Source: Octopus sinensis
Lineage: Eukaryota
NCBI RefSeq assembly: GCF_006345805.1
Contig: NC_043009.1
Coordinates: 44,392,001 to 44,456,000 of the forward strand
Reading direction: 5' to 3'
DNA length: 64,000 nt
In this document: piece after piece, positions 24,670 to 36,574 of the stretch
Layout: the number at the start of each line of letters is the position of its first letter
How positions within the stretch are numbered: the stretch's first letter is position 1
Program-made: the position numbers and the translations under genes
The notes under the pieces: model-generated
Database searches by the model: none
What the model was told of the DNA's origin: nothing
What the model saw: only the letters and a program-made list of their open reading frames with translations

Positions 24670-25176
24670 TATATATACATACATACATACATGCACCATT
24701 CAAGTGTATGAGCGTTTTATTTACACGCCAATTCCACCGACGACACAAAGCAAATCTTACTAACCATTATCATCGGCGTAGTCGTCGTCATCATCATCAT
24801 CATCATAATACAATTGCAATTACTACTACTACTATTGCCACCACTATTACCATTGCTGCTGTTACTGCTGCTGCTACTACTACTACTACTACTGATAGTG
24901 TGTTCTGCCACCGCAACTAAATTATAAGCTTCCGTCGGCACCGCTGCTCTTTCTGGTGGCAACTACTTCCCACCAAATATCTTCGTCCCACACTTCTGTT
25001 TAATAATGTTTTTTTAAATCTATTTTTTAAAATTACAAACACTCATCACCTTAAAATATATATATATACATACAAATATACACACATATATATTCCAACC
25101 TCGGTCCTGTACTTGTTTAATTAGCATTGTTTAATTACACCTCTCTATCTATCCTTCCTTATAATTCCGAGAAGGA

Positions 25177-25210
<34 letters not shown>

Positions 25211-25738
25211 ATATATATATATATACATACATACATGCACCATTCAAGTGTATGAGCGTTTTATTTACACGCCAATTCCACCGACGACACAAAGCAAATC
25301 TTACTAACCATTATCATCGGCGTAGTCGTCGTCATCATCATCATCATCATAATACAATTGCAATTACTACTACTACTATTGCCACCACTATTACCATTGC
25401 TGCTGTTACTGCTGCTGCTACTACTACTACTACTACTGATAGTGTGTTCTGCCACCGCAACTAATTATAAGCTTCCGTCGGCACCGCTGCTCTTTCTGGT
25501 GGCAACTACTTCCCACCAAATATCTTCGTCCCACACTTCTGTTAATAATGTTTTTTTAAATCTATTTTTTAAAATTACAAACACTCATCACCTTAAAATA
25601 TATATATATACATACAAATATACACACATATATATTCCAACCTCGGTCCTGTACTTGTTTAATTAGCATTGTTTAATTACACCTCTCTATCTATCCTTCC
25701 TTATAATTCCGAGAAGGAAGTGTGTGTGTGTATATATA

Positions 25739-25740
<2 letters not shown>
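24670..25740. repeat. Near-perfect 544-bp tandem duplication bounded by (TA)n/(TG)n
   Basis: atgcaccattcaagtg at 24691 and 25235; the copies differ only by about 2 single-base indels. Confidence 0.95.
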
Positions 25741-25791
<51 letters not shown>

Positions 25792-28530
25792 CTTGCTTGC
25801 TAGAGAAGGAACACTAAGCCGTATATATTTTGGTTTGAAAAAAAAAAAAGGAATCGCGACGAAGTATACTACGAAAATAAATTACAAGAGACAAGAAGGA
25901 GATCTGTTTTTATAAGACGGTAAAAAGAAAGGAATTTGTTTACATTAAATGGATTACATTTTGATGTGAGGAAAAATATACCCGCTTCAATTTTTCTCTG
26001 GATAATTTGTCTACGATGATGGTTATATTACGAGGAAATACCAGAAATATATATAACTAGATCATTTAAAACATATATATATATATAAATTTATGTGTGC
26101 CTATGTATACGTATGTGAGTGTATGTGTTCATTTGAAAGTAAATTTGAGAGGCGATAAGGCCATAAAAGAAATTAAGGCAATATGAACAAACTAGATTCT
26201 ATATTACATTCGGGATGGATGGTGAAATCCCCTCCACACCAAGATCAACATAAGAAGTTAGGATCATGGAAACTATTCCAGCCTGTAAGTACTTCCCAAA
26301 TTGTTTTTCTTCAAAAAATTTCTCCTGCTTTTTATTGACAAATGAACAAAATTTCAATTTCTGAAAGTAGCCACCCTATATATACAAGCAATATCTGTGT
26401 CTATATATTTATATATATTCACACGTGCAGTGTGTATAATACATATTATTATAATATACGCCTATTCCTAAAATATTTTAGCTAAATTTTTTATTCTTTT
26501 TCTACATCATCCTTAAATCATTGATTGAGATTCTTTAAATTCCATTAAAAACTTGATTCGCTTCTTTAAAACTTGGACGACCAGCTCGTTTTCTTTTCAG
26601 AGATAGTTTCAGATCTCTCCAGATCTTCAAACATTCCTCTGTCATTGAACGAGGCCAGAGAGATTTTCTAACTTCATATTTCAATTTGCTTAGACTTGTG
26701 TTTGCTACTTCACTAATAGCAACTTATTAATTTATCAGCGACTTCAACTTACATTTAACAAGCACGTTGTTGAATTTTTACTTCTGGATAAACACACACA
26801 CACACACCTACACACACACAGAGTCACAATAACGAAACCACATACAAACTACTGCTCACATACATACACACACTATCTATGAAATAACTCCAGTTTTAAA
26901 TTCATTGAGCCAATAAATAGCTTTAATAAAGGAAGGTCTTCTTGTCTTCATTAATTGTGGACCCCAACAAAGATGTAGAGTTATGTTTAAATGGCCAAAA
27001 TCTGACTTTATCCTTCTCCTTCTCTCCTACAATTTTTCTGCGGGCGTTGTTTTTCCCCTTTTTTTCTTTTGTATTCTTGTCAATTATCACTCTGGTAAAA
27101 TGTGTTGGTTAGTGTGTATATTTCAGTGTGTATATTTCCAGTGTATGTTGAGTGTATAAGGTGTCTCAGTGTGTATATATATTTGACCGATGATACCGTT
27201 TATTGAATTTTGGGACTATTCTTTTAATATCTAATTTGTGTGTGTGTGTGTATCACGTTTACTACATATATACGCAATATATATTTACACAATATACGTA
27301 TTTATATTTATAATGTGTGTATATACATGCAATACGTGTACATATAAACAGCATATGTGTTTACACACACAGTTTTTGGGCGTCTGTATACTCATTGTAT
27401 ATGAATGTATTATACATACAGTATATGGATATACACACCATATATGTATATATGTATGTGTAATACGGACACGAAATGTTTCGGCCAAAAATTTAGAGAA
27501 AACATAGAGAGAGAGAGATGTAGAGTTCGTCTGTTGTGTCGGTGATGGGGAATCACATTGTCAATAGACTTCCATCTTCATAACAGTCCAAGCCTTTTTC
27601 TTCAGCTATGCCTCCCGGAAACCGAGCCTTTTACCAGATTTTTTCCAAACCTTCCTCTTGACATTTTCCTTATCCACTCAGCTCTGCATGCAATTCTTTT
27701 TTCCTGAATATTCTAATGTCTCTCTCTCTCTCTTTCTTTCCAATTTATCATGTTTGTTGTCAGACGTGCAACTCTAACGGTAAATTTAAACTGTCAAGTT
27801 TTAGAAGTTGCTGATTTAACTTCTTACAGTAAATTAATTTACTGTACTGTTTAATATTGTGCGGTCATTTCATTGGTGCTTTTGCTTTACTAATTACCAA
27901 GACTTTGTTAAAGAATCTAGCAAAAATAACAAATTTACGTTATATGTATACTCTCTCTATCTCTACATACATTTATACATCTCTCTGTATATACATGTCT
28001 CTTAGTGTGTGCATGTATATATATATAACTTAACTATATATTTTGATGATCCGTCTTAATAAACTTCCCATTGAATTCACTTTTAAGTTTATGAAACAAA
28101 ATAAACAAAATGTTCAATTAGAAACATTTATACCGAACTCATTAAAGATGAAGACAAAAAACAAAGTAATGATAATAAAATAAACCGACATAATTAGCAA
28201 TCATTGATTGCAGGACCTTAATAATTACCGATTTAATTGATATTAGTTTCCTTGTGAGTTGTGTACTTGTGACATTGTATTGCGATGTTGACATGTAACC
28301 TCATTTCACTTCACACACACACACACACACACGCACTTTTCATCCTCTAAAATTTACCATTAAGACACAAACAACAAACTTAGAGCTACGCCCCTCTTTT
28401 ATTTCATTTATTTTTCCTAAAATCATCTTTTGTCTTGGTAAGAATTTCTACCTCTAATAAACACCCCCTTCTCTCTCTATATATAAAATTTTCTCACAAA
28501 CACTAGCACACACACACATACGAAGAACGA

Positions 28531-28614
28531 TGACTGTCTTCGAAGTTTCGGTCTGTTAACTTCGTTAGACAGTCTGACGAAATCTAACAGTCCGAAACTT
28601 AGAAGTCACAGTCA
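28531..28614. ncRNA. 84-nt palindrome with a type-I hammerhead-like motif on each strand (candidate)
   Basis: Plus strand: GACAGT-CTGACGA-AATCTAACAGTCC-GAA-ACTT-AG-AAGT-C-ACAGTC. The minus strand carries a mutated mirror copy. Confidence 0.5.
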
Positions 28615-29389
28615 CCCCCCGCTTGTAAAAATTTAATAAACATGCACCCCCACCTAAAATATTGATAAAATTTTCAGTTTAAAGTTAAATAGTTTATATA
28701 TAATAACTTGACATAAAAGCACACACTTTATATATATATGTGCTTGTGTTGTTTTAATTTTTTATCTGATCGGCCGTATTTTGTTTCCATTAATCTACAT
28801 GTTAGAAACGATAAATAAATGATGAGTCAAAAATCTGGGTAATGGGTGTAGTCGATCATATCGAACCAGTACAAGGGTATTTCATTTTATCGAATCCAGT
28901 GAGACGACGAGCAAAGTTGGTTGAACTCTGACTGAACGTAAAGAAAAAAAGTGCGAGCAAGTAAACAGCGAGGTAACATTAGTTGATTATTATTGTTGAT
29001 TTCCAAATTCATATTCTACGGTGTTTGGGGATGTATGTTAGTGAATTTGGAGTTTTTTTCTTTTCGAAAATCTTAATTTACCAAGTATTAATGGTCAAAC
29101 ACTCGCAAAGCCATTACAGTTTGGTTTTGGCATATACATTGATATTGGTAACTCTCTGGTCATTGCAGATGAAGATTACAAATGCTATTTCTTAGAGATG
29201 CTTGTGGATTCTTTACAGGCGGTAACTCTTTCTCTCTTCGAGCATCTCAATTTACCAAAATGTATTGCTTAAACAATTTAGAGGGTTATATAATAGGAAA
29301 AAAGTTATCTTTCTCTTACATGGGCCTCAATATTTGCGACATTAATCTCTATTGCCGACAGTTAGAGAAAGAATTTTCGATGTCTAGAT

Positions 29390-29580
29390 CAGTGCTCCGC
29401 AATCGTTATGTCACCGCTCATTGGTGTCACACGAAACGACGCTAGGTGTGCCGCAGTGTAACTTGATTATAATTCCACCACCCCCTATACTTTTAGTTGT
29501 GTTTTTAGTCCAGTTGTGCCGCCGAATTTTGAAAAGTCTTATAAGTGGTACTGCAAGTGAAAAAAGGTTGCAGAGCGCTG
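29390..29580. mobile_element. hAT (Charlie/Buster-type) MITE, 191 bp, intact TSD
   Basis: TIRs cagtgctccgcaatc / ggttgcagagcgctg; exact 8-bp TSD GTCTAGAT at 29382-29389 and 29581-29588. Confidence 0.9.
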
Positions 29581-29689
29581 GTCTAGATCACAGTTGTCAG
29601 ATAAGTTTAACGAGAAAGTGGCACAAGATTTTATCGAAGAGTAGAAAAATAACGCAAAATGAAAATTTCAGTCATGGACTGCAGCTAAG

Positions 29690-29910
29690 TTACAGGGACG
29701 TAAACAAACCAACACCTTGTCAAGCGGTGTTAAGAAGCAAGCACATACACACGATAGGCTTCTACACAGTTTCTGTCTACCGAATTCACTCACAAGGCAT
29801 TAGTCGGCCTAGGGTTATAGTAGTCATTTGCCCAAGGTGCCTTGCAGTAGGACTGAACCCGGAACTATGTGGTTCCGAAGCGAGTTTCTTAATCGCACAG
29901 ATATTTAGTA
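29690..29910 (-). mobile_element. CORE-type SINE, partial; another partial copy at 30470-30640
   Basis: ttgcccaaggtgcc..gggactgaacccggaactatgtgg reverse match. Confidence 0.7.
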
Positions 29911-30724
29911 CGCCTATATATGAAGGTTTAGATATTAAAGTGTATTGAAAATTTTCTCAGTGGCAGAAAATAGCAATGTACAATTTGACCCCAGGAATAT
30001 AGCTTAAGGAACCATATGGGGACTAGTTCTTTTTGTAAAATATATATCGATGACTTCCCAGAAAATTTTCTCATGAACTCGTACTGCTTTGTGGTTGGGG
30101 GCCAAGATTTTCCTCACTGCAACTAAGGAGGAAAGACCATGCTAAATTGTAAGGAGAACTACAGAAAATGTAAAACTGAAATGATTCATGGTTGTTAGTT
30201 TTCTAACAGATTGAAATGTGAAGAATACGATGATCATCATTGTTTTCACGTTCACTTTTTATTCTTTTCCTGGGTTGGAAGGAGTTTATTTGAGGCAGAT
30301 TTTCTACGGCTGAATGTTTTTCTTGTTGCCAACCATCTCGTTTCTAAGTAAGGCAATATTTGCCCATAGCCGGGCATGTATGTTCTCACCGAATAATGGG
30401 CATGAATGATTTAGTGACACTCATTTACAACCACTACGCGATGTCAAGGCAAGGAGACACAAACATACACATCTATACACGCACGCACATATGGCGGTCT
30501 CCTTTCAGTTTCCGTCGACCAAAATCTTCTCACATGTCCTTGGTTGGCCCGGGGCTATAGCAATGTTACACAGTGGGACTGCCCCCGAAATTGTGATTCG
30601 GAAGCAAACTTCTTAATCACACAGCCACACCTGCGCCTAGCCGGCAAGGCGCAGGTGTGGATGGTGGGTATAAAGAGAACTTTTGAATAATTTAACACAA
30701 ACAATTCTACATCGTCTGACAGAT

Positions 30725-30975
30725 GTATTTTTGTAAGATCCTATTTAGATGATGCAACTTCTGTCTGGAGTCATACCATCACCTCTTTTACTATAAAGAA
30801 CTCATGGGGGGGGGGGAAGAACTGAATGTATACCAAGAAGAGCTATTAAACGAATACCTGGATAGAAAAATCTGACGTCTAAGTATCCAGAGATTGCAAA
30901 AAACTCAAATTACCGAGATAGAGATGAGTCAGAGCGGATATACCAGAAATATTATTACAGAATGGTAAATAGATT
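30725..30975 (+). pseudogene. CR1-like LINE RT C-terminal fragment
   Basis: VRSYLDDATSVWSHT...RRAIKRIPG...RLQKLKLP resembles VRPHLEYA..VWSP...RRATK.IPG...ERL..L.LP. Confidence 0.6.
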
Positions 30976-31654
30976 TCATGAAGAGGGTTTATGTAACTTA
31001 ATTCACTCCTGTGTCGAGAACTTAAGCTGAATATTGAATAAGGAGTAAAACTACCAAAATATAAACAAGAGACAGTAAGTTTGAAGTAACAAATAGTTTA
31101 ACAGTGAAAAATTTGTATCAGTTTCACGGGAGGGGCAGCAGATGAAAACGGTGATAATATATTTTAAACAAGTATATATGGACAAACGTTGTGAGCAATT
31201 AGAAATATAATTTTCGAGCTAGTCATATATAAGTATTTGGGAATATATAAACAATATATAGAGTAATGATGATAATCATAATACAAATATATATATAGCG
31301 TGTAATTAACTCTTCATATTATTAATGTATATATTGTTTACACACACACGTGTATGTATGTATATATATATATATATATATAGAAACGAAACAGCGGATG
31401 GAGGGAGTGTCCGGTAGACTAGTCTGCAGTACATATATAGTACACATTTAGTAACTGATGTAACGTTCCGCAATCGCTGCGGATGTCCATTGGAGATCAG
31501 TGTGTGTCTAAATACCTGGACAACGTTAAAAACATGATTATTAATGTAAAAGAGAACAGCTACTAATAAACGTTTTGGGGTGTTAAATACGAGAAAAGTG
31601 TCTAACCACGCCCTATACACACATATATGAATATATATATATATATGTATGTAC

Positions 31655-31943
31655 ATGTACATGTCAGTGTGTGAACAGATATATGTGTACGTGTGTATAT
31701 ACTACATACTTATGTGTGTGTGTGTGTATATATATATGTACATGTCAATGTGTGAACAGATATATGTGTACGTGTGTATATACTACATACTTATATGTAT
31801 GTGTGTGTGTGTGTATATATATGTACATGTCAGTGTGTGAACAGACGTGTGTATATACTACATACTTATGTGTGTGTGTGTATATATATGTATGTACATG
31901 TCAGTGTGTGAACAGATGTGTGTACGTGTGTATATACTACATA

Positions 31944-32004
<61 letters not shown>

Positions 32005-32150
32005 GTGTGTGTGTGTGTATATATGTGTGTGTGTGTGTGTGTGTATATATATGTGTGTGTGTGTGTGTGTGTATATATGTGTGTGTGTGTGTATATATAT
32101 GTGTGTGTGTGTGTGTATATATATATATGCGTGTAAATATGTGTGCATAT
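31655..32150. repeat. Four-copy 70-85-bp minisatellite grading into compound (TA)/(TG) microsatellite
   Basis: atgtacatgtcagtgtgtgaacaga..gtgtacgtgtgtatatactacatactta x4 (31655-31950), then (TG)n(TA)n blocks. Confidence 0.9.
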
Positions 32151-32260
32151 ATATATATACTTATGTAGATACGTATATGTACGTACATATGATTGTGCAT
32201 AGGCGTGTGAGTGCAAGGTATGTTTATGAAATAAATGTAATAAATGCTGGTAGATTAATT

Positions 32261-34474
32261 GGTTAATATAGGGCGTAACAAATATCAGAAAATCAAAAAA
32301 AAAATGTGTGTAATAGGTGTAAAACAACTTCCTATGAACGAATATGAAAAAAAAAATTCGCGCACGCGAAAGGGGGTGGGGGAGAGGCCTCGGAAAATTC
32401 ACATCGGGAAGTTCCGAAAGCGTCTGAGGGGCTGACCCGGGCACCAAAACAAAAAAAAAAAAATAGTGTAATATGTGTAAAACAACTTGCTCTAAACGAA
32501 TATGAAAAAAAAAATGCGCTCTCGAGAAAGAGGGGTGGGGGAGAGGCCTCGGAATATTTATATCGGGAATTTCCGAAAGCGTCTGAACCGGGCACAAAAA
32601 CAAAAACAAAAACAGCGTAATAGGTGTAAAACAACTTGCTCTAAACGACTATCATGAAAAAAATGCGCGCTCGCGAAAGGGGGTGGGGGAGAGGCTTCGG
32701 AAATTTCACATCTTCAGTCCACGGCCTTTAAACTAAGAAAAAATAGTGTAATTGGTGTAAAACTACTTGTTCTAAACGAGTATCAAGAACACACACTCAC
32801 ACATGAATCATAAACTCCGTATTTCGCAAAAAAAAAAAAATAAAGAGAAGAAATTCTGGAAAAAGTGAAGAAATGTTGGATCTCCGCCATGTGAATCAAA
32901 ATACGTGTCAGAAACATCTTGAAATACTACAGAAATTATGTTACGAAAATGATAATGTATACATACCTCTTTGAGTGGTCCATCGATAATGATGATAAAG
33001 AAATGAGTTGGATTTGAACTCAGAATATTGACTAACACAACTACATACTACAAGACTCAAAATATTCAGCCAAGTCACCACCCTTTAACTAGCAATAATA
33101 ATAACATCAATAACATAACAGCCAAAAGATTTATTTGTTCTGAAAATAACAATCATAGTAAATAAATATGTTCTTTAATATTCACATTCATGTGCACGTC
33201 ACGCATGCATAATACAGAACGGAACACATAAATGAAGGATGCATTACTTAGTATATATTACATCTAGAGAATTTTGATTAATAAGTCAAATATGCAAATT
33301 ATAAAGATAATTAATTGCTTTACTAAACAGTGTTGTAAAGGTGAAAAAATAAATTTGGGAAAAAAATACACGCCAAAACTAATTAATAAAGGATAATTAG
33401 GGAAGGATTGACACAAAATAATAATTTTTTCTGTCTCTTTTTTTCTGATAAATGCATCTTAATAAGTGAGAAGAATTGCATATATCTGAACTATTTCAAA
33501 GAAAAGCATAAATTTAATGTTTAAAATAGCTTTAACCAAGGAATGAGATCCAACATTTCTTCACTTTTTCCAGAATTTCTTCTCTTTATTATTTTTTTTT
33601 GCGAAATACGGAGTTTATGATTCATGTGTGAGTGTGTGTTCTTGATACTCGTTTAGAACAAGTAGTTTTACACCAATTACACTATTTTTTCTTAGTTTAA
33701 AGGCCGTGGACTGAAGATGTGAAATTTCCGAAGCCTCTCCCCCACCCCCCTTTCGCGAGCGCGCATTTTTTTCATGATAGTCGTTTAGAGCAAGTTGTTT
33801 TACACCTATTACGCTGTTTTTGTTTTTGTTTTTGTGCCCGGTTCAGACGCTTTCGGAAATTCCCGATATAAATATTCCGAGGCCTCTCTCCCACCCCTCT
33901 TTCGCGAGAGCGCATTTTTTTTTTGTCATATTCGTTTAGAGCAAGTTGTTTTACACATATTACACTATTTTTTTTTTGTTTTGGTGCCCGGGTCAGCTCC
34001 TCAGACGCTTTCGGAACTTCCCGATGTGAATTTTCCGAGGCCTCTCCCCCACCCCCCTTTCGCGAGCGCGCATTTTTTTCATGATAGTCGTTTAGAGCAA
34101 GTTGTTTTACACCTATTACGCTGTTTTTGTTTTTGTTTTTGTGCCCGGTTCAGACGCTTTCGGAAATTCCCGATATAAATATTCCGAGGCCTCTCTCCCA
34201 CCCCTCTTTCGCGAGAGCGCATTTTTTTTTTGTCATATTCGTTTAGAGCAAGTTGTTTTACACATATTACACTATTTTTTTTTTGTTTTGGTGCCCGGGT
34301 CAGCTCCTCAGACGCTTTCGGAACTTCCCGATGTGAATTTTCCGAGGCCTCTCCCCCACCCCCCTTTCGCGTGCGCGAATTTTTTTTTCATATTCGTTCA
34401 TAGGAAGTTGTTTTACACCTATTACACACATTTTTTTTTTGATTTTCTGATATTTGTTACGCCCTATATTAACC
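32261..34474. mobile_element. Non-autonomous foldback DNA transposon with long modular TIRs (Merlin- or MULE-like)
   Basis: Left arm 32261-32884 is the reverse complement of right arm 33545-34474, which has one extra 307-bp dimer. Ends GGTTAATATAGGG..CCCTATATTAACC; direct repeat GATTAATT at 32253-32260 and 34475-34482; 660-bp AT-rich spacer. Confidence 0.9.
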
Positions 34475-35189
34475 GATTAATTTAGTTAAAATTAAAAAAA
34501 AAAAAAAAAACGTTGAATTTCGGAAGAACCCTAAATGTTTTATTAATAGATCTCTCTGCCTCCCCTAACTGACCGATGGTCCGACAAATGTCCAACGTCC
34601 CAAAGTTGGCGATGCTGCTACTACTGTATGTACATGTGATGAAGAATTTTCATTGCATATCTGACGGTTGTATGGAACTGCGCATCAACTAGTTGCTATT
34701 TCCCCGGTCATGCTGCTACTGGAAGCCAGTACACTTTACGATAACCAACCACATGTTCTCCGCAGTTCGGCATGTCGTGAAAACCATTATTAGTCTTCTC
34801 TCTCTTCTAGAGGAATGGTTTTTTTTTGTCTCTTAATACAGACCTATATTAATATTCAGAGGTAGATACATTTATCTACAATTTCGGGTGTGACAGTTCT
34901 TCATTACTATCATTCTCACGTGTTTGTTTGTGTAATAAATAAACACACACACACACACACACACACAAATGGTTTGGATACTTCCTTTGCGTTGGTAAAG
35001 ATGGGTAGTTGTGAGGGCGGTGGAACCGGCTGAATTGAATAAACTTGTCTGACATCAGTGATGGTCACTATGCCATCATAGTTTTTTTTTATGTATGTAT
35101 GTGCGTGAGTGTATATATATATATATATATTTCGTTTTTGAATTTGGTTTGCTAGATTCTTTATATGCGTTCGTGTGTTAAAGCATATT

Positions 35190-35334
35190 CTGTTGTGTCT
35201 GGGGAGAGTCATTTTCTTTTTGTGCCTTATAATGTAACACGCTCACCGGTAAATAAGAAATAAGTGGAAATTTTACCGGTGAGTGTGTTACATTATAAGA
35301 CTCAAAAAGAAAATGACTCTCCCCAGACACAACA

Positions 35335-35335
<1 letters not shown>
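35190..35335. repeat. 146-nt palindrome (about 64-bp arms, 18-nt loop)
   Basis: ctgttgtgtctggggagagtcattttctttt..ttataatgtaacacgctcaccggtaaa / tttaccggtgagtgtgttacattataag..aaaagaaaatgactctccccagacacaacag. Confidence 0.9.
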
Positions 35336-35381
<46 letters not shown>

Positions 35382-35681
35382 CTTAGCTCATACATATGTC
35401 ATCCATATATTACACATACCGGCAAATATGTGTGTTTGTCTCGTAGGTGTATGTATTTGTGTGTATCTGTCTATGGTGGAATATTTTAGGCTATTTCTAG
35501 CTGTGTTGATCACCTCATTAGTTAAATGAGCTTCAAAGTTGTGCATGTTTAGAAGTCAACTTGTGCGAACTAAACAGATTGATTTGACATTCCTTCAGAA
35601 AGCTGCTTTCTTCATTTCTGCTAATAGCCAGAAGTCTCGGTCCTCTATAATGTTTCCATTCACACCTCTGCGGTTTTATAG

Positions 35682-35721
<40 letters not shown>

Positions 35722-35735
35722 ATAAAACGAGACAG

Positions 35736-36019
35736 ATGAGTGACAACCTGGCCACTGGTGGTGGTGTAAAACGCCATACTAATCATATCTGTCGGGCATG
35801 TGGAAGAGAGTGTAATTCGGCAGGAGGACTTAAACGACATGCAAGGGTACATGAAGCCCAGTTACAACTACAGCCGGCTATTATCGGTAAAGGTTTTAGT
35901 TGCCAATTCTGTACAAGACATTGTAGATCTTTAACTGGGCTAAAAAGTCATATTCGATCACAGTACCAGTAACAGTTAAGCTTCGTGCAATGGCCATACT
36001 CGATAACGAGGGGGCAGCC

Positions 36020-36050
<31 letters not shown>
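35736..36050 (+). mobile_element. Probable RTE LINE 3' end: two C2H2-like fingers plus (AAT)n tail
   Basis: ICRACGRECNSAGGLKRHARVH and SCQFCTRHCRSLTGLKSHIRSQ, stop at 35972, about 50-nt 3' UTR, then (aat)n; no zinc-finger linker (TGEKP). Confidence 0.6.
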
Positions 36051-36098
<48 letters not shown>

Positions 36099-36574
36099 GG
36101 AGAGAGAGAGAGACTGTTACTTCATGTTATCCACCTCAGATGGATGAAAGGTGAAGCTTACTCCGACTGATTTTGAACTCAAAATATGAAAAGTCTTTGT
36201 GTTCTGAGATTCAAATCTGGCTGAAATCAACTCTACCTTTCATCCCTCCGGGAACGATAAAAACCAAAGTACCAGTAAAGTGCTGGCAGTCAGTTTATAT
36301 TTCCATAACGTTTGCTAGATGTGGATTGAATATATAATACTGTAATTAAATTCAGCAAGGCGTGTTGAGAAACTCTAACGATCTGCCATTCCACTGTAGG
36401 GTGTATAAGAATTTTTGGTAATGTAGATCTAGCAAATCGCTCAACATAGATATTTAGTAAATAAGGTTGTTTTAACCACCATTTCAACATCCATCCAAAG
36501 AAATTGGCACAGAACCATATCTTGTTAATGTAGAAATTGCGGCTTTACATAATGTATACGTATGATATATGCAT

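Noticed and set aside
24708-25464. Poly-His/poly-Thr ORFs (also 11340-11615 and 20847-21105)
   Set aside because: They are translations of trinucleotide microsatellites.
26540-26730. Minus-strand frame VAISEVANTSL...SLKRKRAGRPSFKE (AT-hook-like)
   Set aside because: Flanked by in-frame stops, no good splice acceptor and no family recognised; possibly transposon debris.
29421-29948. 175-aa ORF
   Set aside because: It reads through a MITE and an antisense SINE; a chance open frame.
31450-31500. Hairpin ccgca-atcgc-tgcgg next to aacgtt, and ctgaagt..gaaac near 50567, as further hammerheads
   Set aside because: The catalytic core or stems could not be completed in either case.
31866-34485. ORFs of 100-247 aa over the foldback arms and microsatellite
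   Set aside because: Repetitive translations of TIR modules and (CA)n; no transposase motifs.
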